Shown here piece by piece: positions 10,199 through 19,880 of a stretch of 64,000 nucleotides of DNA (position 1 is its first letter; each line of letters begins with the position of its first letter). The stretch spans positions 192,001-256,000 of the forward strand of contig CAWIBO010000003.1 in the NCBI GenBank assembly GCA_963834385.1, given 5' to 3'. The position numbers and the translations under genes were made by a program. The notes below the pieces were generated by a model that saw only the letters and a program-made list of their open reading frames with translations, did not search any database and was not told where the DNA came from. Source of the DNA: an uncultured Verrucomicrobiae bacterium (GTDB taxonomy: Bacteria; Verrucomicrobiota; Verrucomicrobiia; Chthoniobacterales; UBA10450).

Positions 10199-10735
10199 GT
10201 GTCGCCAAATGATGCCGATCTGGTCGCGCGGGTTCTGGTCGAGGATGATACGCACGCCTATTCCGAGCTGGTGCGCCGGCACCAGTCGGTCGTGCGCGGT
10301 CTTCTGCGCCAGCTTACGCGCCCCGATTTCTCACTGGCCGACGATCTCGCGCAGGAAACGTTTTTGCGCGCCTACCGCAGCCTGGCCAGTTTCCGGGGCG
10401 AAGCGAAGTTCACGACCTGGCTTTACCGGATTGCCTATAATGTCTTCAAGGCCGAGGCACGCCGGCGGCGCGAACTGGTCGGGTTGGACGAGTTTGAACA
10501 TGCGGCCGAGCCCGACCCGGCGGCGGCCAACCCCGCCTTGCGCCACGATCTCACCCATGCCCTTGGACAACTCCCGTTGCCCGAGCGCACCGCGGTGGTA
10601 CTCTGCTGCCAGAACGGCCTCACCCATGAGGAAGCCTCCCGGGTTCTCGAAATCCCGCTGGGCACGGTCAAGACGAACGTTTTGCGCGGACGCGAAAAAT
10701 TGAAGCATGCCCTGGCGGCCTGGGGCCCCAATTAA
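10199..10735 (+). CDS. ECF sigma-70 factor
   Basis: Region 2 (ADDLAQETFLRAYR...FTTWLYRIAYN) and region 4 (EASRVLEIPLGTVKT). Confidence 0.93.
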   Translation: MSPNDADLVARVLVEDDTHAYSELVRRHQSVVRGLLRQLTRPDFSLADDLAQETFLRAYRSLASFRGEAKFTTWLYRIAYNVFKAEARRRRELVGLDEFEHAAEPDPAAANPALRHDLTHALGQLPLPERTAVVLCCQNGLTHEEASRVLEIPLGTVKTNVLRGREKLKHALAAWGPN

Positions 10736-11077
10736 ATGACTGAGAGCGACGAAATCCTGGAGAAGCGGCTGCGCGAGGAAGCCTCCTATATTGACGACGA
10801 CGGATTTACCGCGCGCGTCATTTCCCGGCTGCCTGTGCGCCGGCGGCGCAATCCTTTTCGGGCCATTGTTCTGACGGTCGCAAGTCTCCTGGCCGCCGCG
10901 TTTGGTTACTTCCTGACGGAGGAAGGGCGGTTTGTCTGGGAAGCCGTGGCCTACCTGGAAATGGTGCCGGGCTGGATCCTGCTCGGCACCCTGCTGGTGG
11001 TCACCATCGTCATGGCCGCTTTTGCCCTCGCCGGTTCGGTGCAGCAAGAGCGGCGGCCGCAGACGCTTTTCCGCTAA
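10736..11077 (+). CDS. Putative membrane anti-sigma factor (DUF5056-like)
   Basis: IDDDGFTARVISRLP followed by two TM helices; abuts the sigma gene. Confidence 0.65.
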   Translation: MTESDEILEKRLREEASYIDDDGFTARVISRLPVRRRRNPFRAIVLTVASLLAAAFGYFLTEEGRFVWEAVAYLEMVPGWILLGTLLVVTIVMAAFALAGSVQQERRPQTLFR

Positions 11078-12006
11078 AGCTGCGCGCAGACGGCGCGCGC
11101 TTGTTCCGCGTCGCGCGCGATCTGGGCGGCCAGCTCGGGCAGACCGGCGAACTTCCGTTCTTCGCGCAGGTGTCGAAGAAACCGGACTTCCAGGTCCTGT
11201 CCGTAAATCTCGCGGTCGAGACCGAAGAGATGCAGCTCCAGGAGGCGCTCCGGCGAGCCGCCGGCCACGGTCGGACGAAAGCCGAGATTGGCCACGCCGG
11301 TGAAGCGTTCCTCCTGCAACCACGCTTCCACCGCGTAGACGCCGTTGGGCGGAAATTGTTCGCTGTGCGCGCTCAGGTTGGCGGTGGGAAACCCGAGCTG
11401 GTGCCCGAGGCCCGCGCCCCGCGTCACCGTCCCCAGAATGGTGTAGTCGCGCCCGAGCATGGCGCGGGCCCGTTCGAAATCGCCCTCCGCGACCGCCTGT
11501 CGGATGGCGGTGCTGCTGACCACGGTGCCGCCCTGGCGCACCGGCGGGATGCCGACGACCTTGAAATCGAGGCGCGCCCCGAGTTCCCGCAGGAGGTGGA
11601 TGTCGCCGCTGCGGTTGCGTCCAAAGGACCATTCGTGACCGACGCAGATTTCGCGCAACGGCCGCGCGTGCGCCGCCAGTTGTTCGACAAACTGGGAGGC
11701 GCTGGTGGCGGCGAAATCGCGGTCAAAAGTGATCACGAGCAGATGCGCCACGCCCAGCTCGCGGATGAACGCGATTTTGTGCTGGGTGGCGGTGAGGAGC
11801 CGGGGCGGCGCCTCCGGCCGCAGGACCTTTAACGGATGCGGATCAAAGGTGACGACCACAGGCGTGCCCCCTTCCCCGGCGGCGTGGGCGGCCGAGGTGG
11901 AGATGACGGCCTGGTGACCGAGATGGACGCCGTCAAAAACGCCAATAGCGGTGAAGATCGGCCCGCGCAGGTTCGCCAGTTCCGCGATCGAGCGCAGGAT
12001 TTCCAT
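11074..12006 (-). CDS. ribF: Bifunctional riboflavin kinase/FAD synthetase
   Basis: IGVFDGVHLGHQ, SSTAIR, GFPTANL, LELHLF and LREERKF. Confidence 0.95.
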   Translation of the reverse strand: MEILRSIAELANLRGPIFTAIGVFDGVHLGHQAVISTSAAHAAGEGGTPVVVTFDPHPLKVLRPEAPPRLLTATQHKIAFIRELGVAHLLVITFDRDFAATSASQFVEQLAAHARPLREICVGHEWSFGRNRSGDIHLLRELGARLDFKVVGIPPVRQGGTVVSSTAIRQAVAEGDFERARAMLGRDYTILGTVTRGAGLGHQLGFPTANLSAHSEQFPPNGVYAVEAWLQEERFTGVANLGFRPTVAGGSPERLLELHLFGLDREIYGQDLEVRFLRHLREERKFAGLPELAAQIARDAEQARAVCAQL

Positions 12007-12007
12007 C

Positions 12008-12733
12008 CTACGCCCCGCGGAGCCGGGAAACTTCCGGCAGGCTCAGGATGCGGCTGATAATGTCGACCGGCTCCGATTCTTCCAGCTCGGCCACCGTGAT
12101 GGCGCCTTCCACGCTGAAGCGCCCGGACTTGGTCCGGCGCAATTCCTGGAGGTGGGCGCCGCAGCCGAGGTCCTGGCCGATGTCGTGGGCATAGGTCCGG
12201 ACGTAAAAGCCCTTGCTGCAGGACACGGAGAAATCGATTTCCGGCAGGGCCATCCGTTCGAGAGTGTAACGCGTAGACATGCACCAGGCGCGGCTCGCGC
12301 TCCACCACCTTGCCCTGCCGCGCCAGCTTGTAGAGCGGCACGCCGTCCTTCTTGATCGCCGAGACCATCGGCGGCATCTGGTAAAAATCGCCCCGGTAAC
12401 GCTCGAACACCGCGCGCATCTCTTCTTCCTTCAACTCCGGCACCGGCTTCTCCTCCACGGTCTGGCCGTCCGCGATCCTGGGTGTCCGTGCTCTTCCCGA
12501 GCCGAAGGGTGCCGACGTATTCCTTGTCCTCGCTCATGAGGAGGTCCTGGATTTTGGTTCCGCGGCCGATGGTGATCGATAAGCAGGCCGGTCGCGATCG
12601 GGTCGAGGGTGCCGCAATGGCCGACTTTTTTCGTCTGGAGACGGCGCCGGATCAGCGCGACCACATCGTGGGAGGTCATCCCCGGGGCCTTGTCGACCAG
12701 GAGAACACCATCAAGGGTGGCGCTGAGGGACAT
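12008..12733 (-). CDS. truB: tRNA pseudouridine(55) synthase; three apparent frameshifts (about 12578, 12474, 12270)
   Basis: KVGHCGTLDP, KEYVGTLRLG, QMPPMVSAIKKDGVPLYKLAR and CSKGFYVRT are recovered across successive frames; position between the DHH gene and ribF. Confidence 0.88.
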
Positions 12734-12735
12734 GA

Positions 12736-13749
12736 TCAGGTTCGGCCGGCGGCCATCTCCGGTTTGGTTTGCCGGGGGCCGTTGATCGCCCCGGCAATGG
12801 CAGCAAGCACCCGTTCCTCCACTTCCGCAAGCGTGCCGGCTACGCGCGCCCCGGCGGCCAGCTTGTGGCCGCCCCCGCCGAATTGCTGGCAGATGGCGCA
12901 AACATCAGCCCTGTCCTCCTTCGAGCGCATGCTGACGCGGACCTTGCCCGCGGGCAATTCCTCGAAGAAGACCGCCACGATCACGCCTTCGATGGCGCGG
13001 AGATGGTCGATCAGCCCTTCGTTGTCCTCGGGCTTCGCGCCCAGGCTCGCGGCCACTTCCTGGCTCAGGCTGAAACTGGCGATGCGTCCTTCCGCCTCGA
13101 AACGGAGCCGGGCGAGCAGTTCGCGCAGCAGCTCGATCCGCCGGCGCGGATGATTTTCATAAAGCTGGCGGCTCAGGCGCCCGACATCGACGCCGGCCTG
13201 GATCAGCTCGGCGGCGATGGCAAAGGTCCGGGCCGTGGTGTTTGGATACTGGAAGGAACCGGTGTCGGTGGAAATGGCGGCAAAGAGGTTTTCCGCCATG
13301 GCGGCATCCAGGGGCAGCTTTTCGCTTTTCATCAGCTCAAACAGAATCTCCCCGGTGGCCGGCGCAATCGGGTCGATGTAAACCAGGTCGCCGTAGCGCG
13401 GGTTGCTGGGATGATGATCGATGTTGATCCAGGTGCCGGCCTGTTTCACCGCCGCCAGGGTGGTGCCGAGCCGGTTTTGCACCGCGGTATCCAGCGCAAT
13501 CGCCACCTCGAACTCCTCCGGCTGGGCCGGCGGCTGCCGGACCAGTTCGCTGCCCGGCAGGAAGGCATATTTCTCCAGCATGCCGTCCTCGTTCCAGATC
13601 GCGACCTCCTTGCCAAGGGCCCGCAGGGAAAGGCCGAGCGCCAACTGGCTGCCGAGGGCGTCGCCATCGGGGCGCACATGGCTGAGCACGACAAAGCGCT
13701 GATGCTCCCGCAGGACCCGGCCGATCTCGGCAAAGGAGGAATTGATCAT
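12736..13749 (-). CDS. nrnA: DHH/DHHA1 phosphoesterase (bifunctional oligoribonuclease/PAP phosphatase)
   Basis: HVRPDGDA, IDHH, TDTGSF, SMRS and GGGGHKLAAG. Confidence 0.9.
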   Translation of the reverse strand: MINSSFAEIGRVLREHQRFVVLSHVRPDGDALGSQLALGLSLRALGKEVAIWNEDGMLEKYAFLPGSELVRQPPAQPEEFEVAIALDTAVQNRLGTTLAAVKQAGTWINIDHHPSNPRYGDLVYIDPIAPATGEILFELMKSEKLPLDAAMAENLFAAISTDTGSFQYPNTTARTFAIAAELIQAGVDVGRLSRQLYENHPRRRIELLRELLARLRFEAEGRIASFSLSQEVAASLGAKPEDNEGLIDHLRAIEGVIVAVFFEELPAGKVRVSMRSKEDRADVCAICQQFGGGGHKLAAGARVAGTLAEVEERVLAAIAGAINGPRQTKPEMAAGRT

Positions 13750-14096
13750 TTCTCCTCGTCCTTCGGGGGCTCGATCTCCTGCAGGATCTCGATGACGCGC
13801 GTGCCGCGCTCGACCGAGTTGTCGAGATGGAAAACGAGGTGGGGCGTATACTTGAGGACAACGCGCCGGGCCAGTTCCGCCTGAAGCAGGGCGCGGTTTG
13901 CCTCCAGCTTGGCCATGACCCCGGCGGCGCCTTTGCCGCCGAGCACGCTGACGTAGGCATGGGCCGATTTCAGGTCCGGTGTGACATCGACCTGGTTCAG
14001 GGTGACCAGCGCGTCCTCGAACTTCATCTCGCGGGTCATGAGCAGGCTCAGCTCGCGCTTGAGCAGTTCATTTACGCGGAGAAGTCGATGTTTCAT
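13746..14096 (-). CDS. rbfA: Ribosome-binding factor A
   Basis: MKHRLLRVNELLKREL, VTPDLKSAHAYVS and LKYTPHLVFHLD; follows infB. Confidence 0.93.
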   Translation of the reverse strand: MKHRLLRVNELLKRELSLLMTREMKFEDALVTLNQVDVTPDLKSAHAYVSVLGGKGAAGVMAKLEANRALLQAELARRVVLKYTPHLVFHLDNSVERGTRVIEILQEIEPPKDEEK

Positions 14097-14152
14097 GAGG
14101 GTGGCGCAAGCTTCCAGCCGGCCGGGTGTCGCTCGCGGGCCGGGAGCCTGCG

Positions 14153-16483
14153 CTACAATTTCTGCGCCACCTGCTCGAGCTGGTAGCACTCGATGATGTC
14201 GCCGACCTGATATTCCGAATAATCGCCCAGTTTGATGCCGCACTCGAGCCCTGAACGAACTTCCTTCACGTCGTCCTGGAAGCGGCGCAGGGTGGCCAGG
14301 CCGCCGTCGTAGACCGGCTGGCGCCGGCGCAGGACGCGGGCGCGGGCCGTGCGCGAGATGCGACCGTCGGAAACAAGGCAGCCGGCCACGATCCCGCGGC
14401 TGAGCTGGAAAACCTGCTTCACCTCGGCGTGCCCGATCACCGTTTCGCGGTGCTCCGGGTCGAGCATCTCCGCCATCGAATCCTTAATCTGGTCGATCAA
14501 CTCGTAAATGATGGAGTAAAGCTTGATCTGGACGCCTTCACGCTTGGCCGCGCTCACGGCCATGTTCTCAACCTTGATGTTGAAGCCGATGACCACGGCA
14601 TCCGAGGCGCTGGCCAGCAGGATGTCGGACTCCGAGACCGGCCCGACAGCCGAGTGCACGATCTCAAGATCGATCTTCTTGCTTTCGATCTGTTCCAGCG
14701 AACCGACGAGCGCCTCGAGAGAACCCTGGGCGTCGCACTTCAGGACGATGCGGAGGACTTTCTTGCCGTCCGCGGCCTCGAGCAGGGTCTCCAGCGTCGC
14801 CCGTTGCGGGGTGGAAAGTTTGTCGGCCCGTTTCGCGGCCAGGCGTTCCTCGCTCAGGGTCTTGGCTTCGCGCTCCGTGTTCATCACCAGAAACTCGTCG
14901 CCTGCCAGCGGCACACCCATGAAACCGAGGACCTTTACCGGTGTTCCCGGGCCGGCCGACTTCACCGGCTTGCCCTGGTCGTCGATCAGGGACTTCACCT
15001 TGCCGCCGTAATCGCCGCAAATGAAGGGGTCACCGATCTTGAGCGTGCCCATCTGCACGATCACGGTCGCGGTCGGGCCGCGCCCGGCTTCCACCTGCGC
15101 CTCGATCACGGTGCCGCGGGGCTTGGCCGTCGGGGAGGCCTTTAATTCCATGACCTCGGCCTGAAGCGTCATCATTTCGAGCAATTTATCGATGCCGGTC
15201 CCCTTGGTGGCGGAAACTTCGCAGACAATGGTTTCGCCGCCCCAGTCTTCCGGGGAAAGTTCGCGTTCCTGGAGCTGTTTCTTGACCTTGTCGATGTTGG
15301 CCGAGGGAAGATCGATCTTGTTGATCGCGACCATGATCTTGACGTGTTTGGCCGCCTTGGCATGGCTGATGGCCTCGATGGTCTGCGGCATGAGGCCGTC
15401 ATCCGCGGCCACGACCAGGACGACGATATCCGTGACGTTGGCGCCGCGGGCCCGCATGGCGGTGAAAGCGGCATGGCCGGGGGTGTCGATAAAGGTGATG
15501 CGCTCGCTCTTGTGCTCGACGCTGTAGGCGCCGATGTGCTGGGTGATGCCGCCTGCTTCCCCGGCAGCCACCTTTGTTTTCCGGACCGCGTCCATGAGCG
15601 ACGTCTTCCCGTGGTCAACGTGCCCCATGAAGGTGATGATGGGCGGGCGGGATTTGAGTTCCTCCTCCTTCTCGATCACCGGCGGGGGCGGGGCTTCCAC
15701 CACCTCGACCACCTTGTGCACGCCGCCGTCTTTTTTGCGGCGTTCCACTTCAAAGACAAAGCCGTGGCTCTCGCAGATCTTCGCCGCGACATCGGGCTCG
15801 ATGGTCTGGTTCTGGTTTGCGAAAACGTTCAGCTCCATCAACTGCTTGATCACCTGGAAGGGCTTCAGCCCCATCTCGGTCGCCAGTTCCTTGACGATGA
15901 TCGGCGGCTTGATGTGGATGATCTTGCTCGGGTCCACTTCTTCGGCCGGGGCGTCGCCCTCGGCGGGCGCGGGCCCGGACTCGACCGGGGCGGGTGCGGG
16001 AGCAGGGGCCGGTGCCGGCGTCGGTTTGGCGGGCGGCGGCGGAGCCGGCTTCTGCGCGGCGGGAATGATGCGGGAAATCGGGGGAAGCATCGTGCGCTTC
16101 ACGGTCGTGCTGTCGGCCGGCGGCCGCTCCTTCGGTTTCTTTTCATCAATAAGGGAAAGACTTTCCACCTGGGGCCGCGGTGCCTTCGGCGGAGCGGCCG
16201 GGGTCGGGGCGGTTTTGGAGGCGGGCGGGGTGGCCGGGCGCGCCGGAGCGGGAGCCGGCGCGGGCCGGCTCGGGGCTGTCACTGGTTTGGCGGCCGGTTT
16301 CGATTCCGCTGCCTTGGGGGGGGCGGCGGGCCGGGCGGGCGCGGCCGCTTTTTTGGCCTTCGCCGGAGCCTTGCTTTTCGACCTAGCGGAGGAAGCGGAC
16401 TTGGAACCGGATGCCTTGACCTTCTTCCCGCCAGACGACGCCGTCTTGCGCGCTGCGGTTTTGGTCTTGGTTTTGGTGGGCAT
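14153..16483 (-). CDS. infB: Translation initiation factor IF-2
   Basis: [26 protein letters not shown] and NKID; C-terminal ECGI. Confidence 0.97.
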   Translation of the reverse strand: MPTKTKTKTAARKTASSGGKKVKASGSKSASSARSKSKAPAKAKKAAAPARPAAPPKAAESKPAAKPVTAPSRPAPAPAPARPATPPASKTAPTPAAPPKAPRPQVESLSLIDEKKPKERPPADSTTVKRTMLPPISRIIPAAQKPAPPPPAKPTPAPAPAPAPAPVESGPAPAEGDAPAEEVDPSKIIHIKPPIIVKELATEMGLKPFQVIKQLMELNVFANQNQTIEPDVAAKICESHGFVFEVERRKKDGGVHKVVEVVEAPPPPVIEKEEELKSRPPIITFMGHVDHGKTSLMDAVRKTKVAAGEAGGITQHIGAYSVEHKSERITFIDTPGHAAFTAMRARGANVTDIVVLVVAADDGLMPQTIEAISHAKAAKHVKIMVAINKIDLPSANIDKVKKQLQERELSPEDWGGETIVCEVSATKGTGIDKLLEMMTLQAEVMELKASPTAKPRGTVIEAQVEAGRGPTATVIVQMGTLKIGDPFICGDYGGKVKSLIDDQGKPVKSAGPGTPVKVLGFMGVPLAGDEFLVMNTEREAKTLSEERLAAKRADKLSTPQRATLETLLEAADGKKVLRIVLKCDAQGSLEALVGSLEQIESKKIDLEIVHSAVGPVSESDILLASASDAVVIGFNIKVENMAVSAAKREGVQIKLYSIIYELIDQIKDSMAEMLDPEHRETVIGHAEVKQVFQLSRGIVAGCLVSDGRISRTARARVLRRRQPVYDGGLATLRRFQDDVKEVRSGLECGIKLGDYSEYQVGDIIECYQLEQVAQKL

Positions 16484-16531
16484 GTTGTTCCTTGGTGCTC
16501 ATGGCCGCGAGCTGGTTAGCGGGAGGCCATT

Positions 16532-17782
16532 TTAAACTGCGGGTGCTTCCTTGGGCACTGCATCGTGTATTTGCTGCGCCGTCGCCTCGTCCACCCCTAA
16601 AATTTCGACCAGGTCGCTGGCGTCGGCGTCGCGCAGGCCTTCCAGGTTGATAAAGCCGGCTTTGACCAGGAGGAGCGACTGTTCCTCGTTGATCGGAAGC
16701 GCGGCGGCCAGGTTCTGTGCGGCCTGGGCCACCTTCTGTTCCACCGCGGTGGTGGCGGAGACGTCCTTCTCGATGTTGATCTCCCAGCCGGTCAGGCGCG
16801 AGGTCAGGCGGGCGTTCTGCCCTTTCTTCCCGATGGCGAGCGAAAGCTGGTCTTCGTCGACCGAGATCTGCACGGTCTTCTTTTCCGTGTCGAAGACGAG
16901 GTTCTTCACCTTGGCCGGTTTCAGGGCCTCGAGCACAAAATCCTTCGGGTCGGAGCTCCAGCGAATGATGTCCACCTTTTCGTTGTTGAGTTCGCGGACG
17001 ATGTTTTTCACGCGCGAACCGCGCATGCCGACGCAGGCGCCGACCGGGTCCACCTTCTCGTTCGAGCTCGCGACCGCGATCTTGGTCCGGTAACCGGCCT
17101 CGCGGGCGATCCCGCGGATCTCCACGGTGCCGTCGGCGATCTCGCTCACTTCCAGTTCGAAAAGGCGGCGCACGAAATTCGGGTGGCTCCGTGAGACGAT
17201 GATCTCCGGGCCGCGAATGCCGTTCTCGACCGCGACGACGTAGGCGCGGAGCCGGTCGCCGATGTTGTAATCCTCCACCACCACGCGTTCGCGCTGCGGC
17301 ATGATGGCCTCGAACTTGCCCAGGTCCAGGATCACGTCCGACCGGTCGAAGCGGCGCACGGTCCCGCTCACGATCTCGCCCGCGCGGTCCTTGAACTCCT
17401 CGTAAATCATCTCCTTCTCGACCTGCCGGATGCGCTGCATCATGGCCTGCTTGGCGGTCTGCGCGGCGATGCGCCCGAAGTTCTTTGGCGTCACCTCCAC
17501 CTCGACCGCCTCGCCCACGGCGGCGTCGGCCTTGATCCGGCGCGCTTTCGAGAGGGAAATCTCGTCCTGCGGGTTGGTCACGTCCTCGACCACGAGCAGG
17601 TTGGCCAGGGCCCGGATTTCGCCCGTCTTCGGGTTGATATCGATATGGAGGTCGCGCGAGGCGCTGACGCTCTTTTTCGAGGCTGAGAGAAGGGCGTTCG
17701 AGACCGCCTCGATCAGGATCTCGCGTTTGATTCCGCGCTCCCGCTCGAGGTAATCCAGCATGGCGATAAACTCAGCGTTCAT
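16532..17782 (-). CDS. nusA: Transcription termination/antitermination factor NusA
   Basis: FGRIAAQTAKQ, S1 domain, AREAGYRTKIAV, DPVGACVG and LAIGKKGQN. Confidence 0.97.
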   Translation of the reverse strand: MNAEFIAMLDYLERERGIKREILIEAVSNALLSASKKSVSASRDLHIDINPKTGEIRALANLLVVEDVTNPQDEISLSKARRIKADAAVGEAVEVEVTPKNFGRIAAQTAKQAMMQRIRQVEKEMIYEEFKDRAGEIVSGTVRRFDRSDVILDLGKFEAIMPQRERVVVEDYNIGDRLRAYVVAVENGIRGPEIIVSRSHPNFVRRLFELEVSEIADGTVEIRGIAREAGYRTKIAVASSNEKVDPVGACVGMRGSRVKNIVRELNNEKVDIIRWSSDPKDFVLEALKPAKVKNLVFDTEKKTVQISVDEDQLSLAIGKKGQNARLTSRLTGWEINIEKDVSATTAVEQKVAQAAQNLAAALPINEEQSLLLVKAGFINLEGLRDADASDLVEILGVDEATAQQIHDAVPKEAPAV

Positions 17783-17802
17783 AAAAAATTTCGCCCGCCG
17801 AC

Positions 17803-17831
17803 AAAAAAGAGTGGGACACCGGCTCCCACTC
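17803..17831 (-). terminator. Leader attenuator hairpin upstream of nusA (rimP-leader type)
   Basis: Minus strand GAGTGGGA-GCCGGTG-TCCCACTC-TTTTTT lies 20 nt before the nusA ATG, with no upstream same-strand gene to terminate. Confidence 0.75.
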
Positions 17832-17945
17832 CAATCCACCGCGGACTAGACCCGGAAGGTAATTTTTGCCGGTCTTCCCGTCAAGGGGGAGTGCGGGTGG
17901 CCCACTTTGCACTTTCCAAGCGGCGAGCCGGGCGGAGAGTGCGGC

Positions 17946-19322
17946 ATGCCGTGGCGGCTGCTCCTTGTCCTCGCAACCTGGTCGGCCATCTTTTTGCCGG
18001 CGCTCGGCTCCCTCGAAATCAAGGGGGAGGAGGGGCGCCGCATCCTCCCGGCCGTGCAAATGCTCGAGACCGGCGACTTCCTGGTCCCGCGGGTGGGGAG
18101 CGAGCCGTATCTGCGCAAACCGCCCCTGATCAACTGGCTCATCGCCGGTTCTTTCGAGCTTTTCGGCGTCCGCAACGAATGGACCGCCCGGCTGCCCTCG
18201 GCGCTCGGCCTGCTGGCGGTTGCGGTCGGGTTCCTGGTTCTCGGCCGGCGGGCCCTTGGACAATGGGGCAGCCTGGCCGGCGCCCTCATGTGGCTGACCT
18301 GCTTCGGCATGGTGGAAAAAGGCCGCCTGGCCGAGATCGAGGCGCTTTACGTCTCTCTTTCCGGGCTGGCGTTTCTTTGCTGGCTCTTCTTCTGGTGGGA
18401 AGGGCGTTCCCGCTGGTGGATCTGGCTGGCCCCGGCGATTTTTCTGGGGCTTGGGCTCCTGACCAAGGGGCCTCTGCATTTGCTCTTCTTTTACAGCCTG
18501 GTCGCGGCGGTCCTTTGGCGCAGTGGTGAACTCTCCCGTCTTTGGAGCCTGCCTCACCTCGTGGCCCTCCTCGTGATGCTTGGGATTTTTGCCGCCTGGG
18601 CCGTTCCCTGTCTCCTGGTGCTGGAGAGCGGAGAAGTGGCGGCGATTTGGACGCGCCAGGCGACCGGGCGAATCAGTGCGAAGAACACCGACTGGGCGAA
18701 ATGGGCCCTCAACATTCCCAAGGGCATCCTTTATCTGCTGCCGTGGGCGGTCCTCCTGCCGGCCGTGCGATGGATGCGCGTGGGAGACGAAAAAGGCCTC
18801 AACTTTCTCCGCGGCCTTGTCCCGGGTCTCGGTCTCCCGTTTCTCCTGGTCTGCCTTCTTCCGGGCGGGTTGCCGCGCTACACCATGCCTCTGTTGGTGC
18901 CGGCCGTTTTCGGGATCGCGCTCGCCTTGCACGAAAACGCGCTGGTTTATCCGCGCCGCGCTTTTCGCGCCGTCTTCGTGACTGTCGCCATCATGGCGGT
19001 CGGGATGATTCTTTATGCGGGGCTGGTCGTGCCGCGGCTGCAGGCGCGGGCCAAGATCCGGCCGTGGGCGGCGCGCATGGAGGCGGTCATTCCGCCCGGC
19101 GCGCGCCTGGTCGCGGTCGACCCGGACTATCAGCCCTATCTTTTCTACCTTTCGAGGCCCATCACTTATGTGAGCAGCGTGCCGGAGCTGCCGGTCTCCG
19201 CGCGTTATGTCCTGGTGGAGCGACGGAACCAGGAGGCGCTGGAGAAGAGGTCTGCCGGAGCGATCGCCGCAGGTTTTGTTGCGGATCAAGGATTACCGGA
19301 CGCGGGAGGCGCTGGTGTATGA
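17946..19322 (+). CDS. GT-C membrane glycosyltransferase (ArnT/PMT-like)
   Basis: EEGRR, YLRKPPLINWL, EWTARLPSAL, LTKGP and many TM helices. A possible frameshift near 19250 would move the stop to 19350. Confidence 0.85.
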   Translation: MPWRLLLVLATWSAIFLPALGSLEIKGEEGRRILPAVQMLETGDFLVPRVGSEPYLRKPPLINWLIAGSFELFGVRNEWTARLPSALGLLAVAVGFLVLGRRALGQWGSLAGALMWLTCFGMVEKGRLAEIEALYVSLSGLAFLCWLFFWWEGRSRWWIWLAPAIFLGLGLLTKGPLHLLFFYSLVAAVLWRSGELSRLWSLPHLVALLVMLGIFAAWAVPCLLVLESGEVAAIWTRQATGRISAKNTDWAKWALNIPKGILYLLPWAVLLPAVRWMRVGDEKGLNFLRGLVPGLGLPFLLVCLLPGGLPRYTMPLLVPAVFGIALALHENALVYPRRAFRAVFVTVAIMAVGMILYAGLVVPRLQARAKIRPWAARMEAVIPPGARLVAVDPDYQPYLFYLSRPITYVSSVPELPVSARYVLVERRNQEALEKRSAGAIAAGFVADQGLPDAGGAGV

Positions 19323-19372
19323 GCTGGCACGGGAAGAGAGCGGTCCTTGACAGGGGACCCGGGCCGGATTGC

Positions 19373-19384
19373 TTAGCATGCTAA
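19373..19384. promoter_or_regulatory. MarR/SlyA-type operator palindrome TTAGCATGCTAA
   Basis: Perfect 12-bp palindrome 7 nt upstream of the MarR ATG; TTGACA at 19347-19352. Confidence 0.7.
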
Positions 19385-19391
19385 CTGTTCC

Positions 19392-19880
19392 ATGAACCAG
19401 CTTGACCCCGAAAAAATCGGCCTCCTCCTGAGCGAGACGGCGCGCGCCTGGCGCACCCGCCTCGACCAGCGCCTGCGCCCCCTTGGCCTGAGCCAGGGCA
19501 AGTGGACTGCGTTGGTCCACCTGGCCGTGGCCAATCGTCCCCTCACGCAACGGGACGTGGCCGAGCGCGTCGGCGTCGAGGAACCGACCATGGCCGGGGT
19601 TCTTCGGCGGCTGGAAAATGATGGCTGGGTCCGGCGACAGCCCTGCCGGGAAGATCGGCGCTGCAAGACCGTCCATCTGGAACGGCGTTCGAAGAAGGTC
19701 CTCGAATCCATTTTGGCCACCGCCCGCCACCTGCGTCATGAACTCTTGACCGAGATTTCCCGCGCGGAACTGCAAACCTGCATGAGCGTGCTCGACCGGA
19801 TCCGGGCCAAGGCCGACGCCCTTTCGGCAAATGGGACGAGTCATTTGAACGGCCACAGGCGAATAAAGGGCGGCAAATGA
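19392..19880 (+). CDS. MarR family (SlyA-like) transcriptional regulator
   Basis: ARAWRTRLDQRLRPLGLSQGKW, wHTH and wing motif EDRR. Confidence 0.92.
   Translation: MNQLDPEKIGLLLSETARAWRTRLDQRLRPLGLSQGKWTALVHLAVANRPLTQRDVAERVGVEEPTMAGVLRRLENDGWVRRQPCREDRRCKTVHLERRSKKVLESILATARHLRHELLTEISRAELQTCMSVLDRIRAKADALSANGTSHLNGHRRIKGGK

Noticed and set aside
12008..12733. truB (and glnS) as pseudogenes or programmed frameshifts
   Set aside because: All motifs are intact and similar indels are scattered through the window; sequencing error is more parsimonious.
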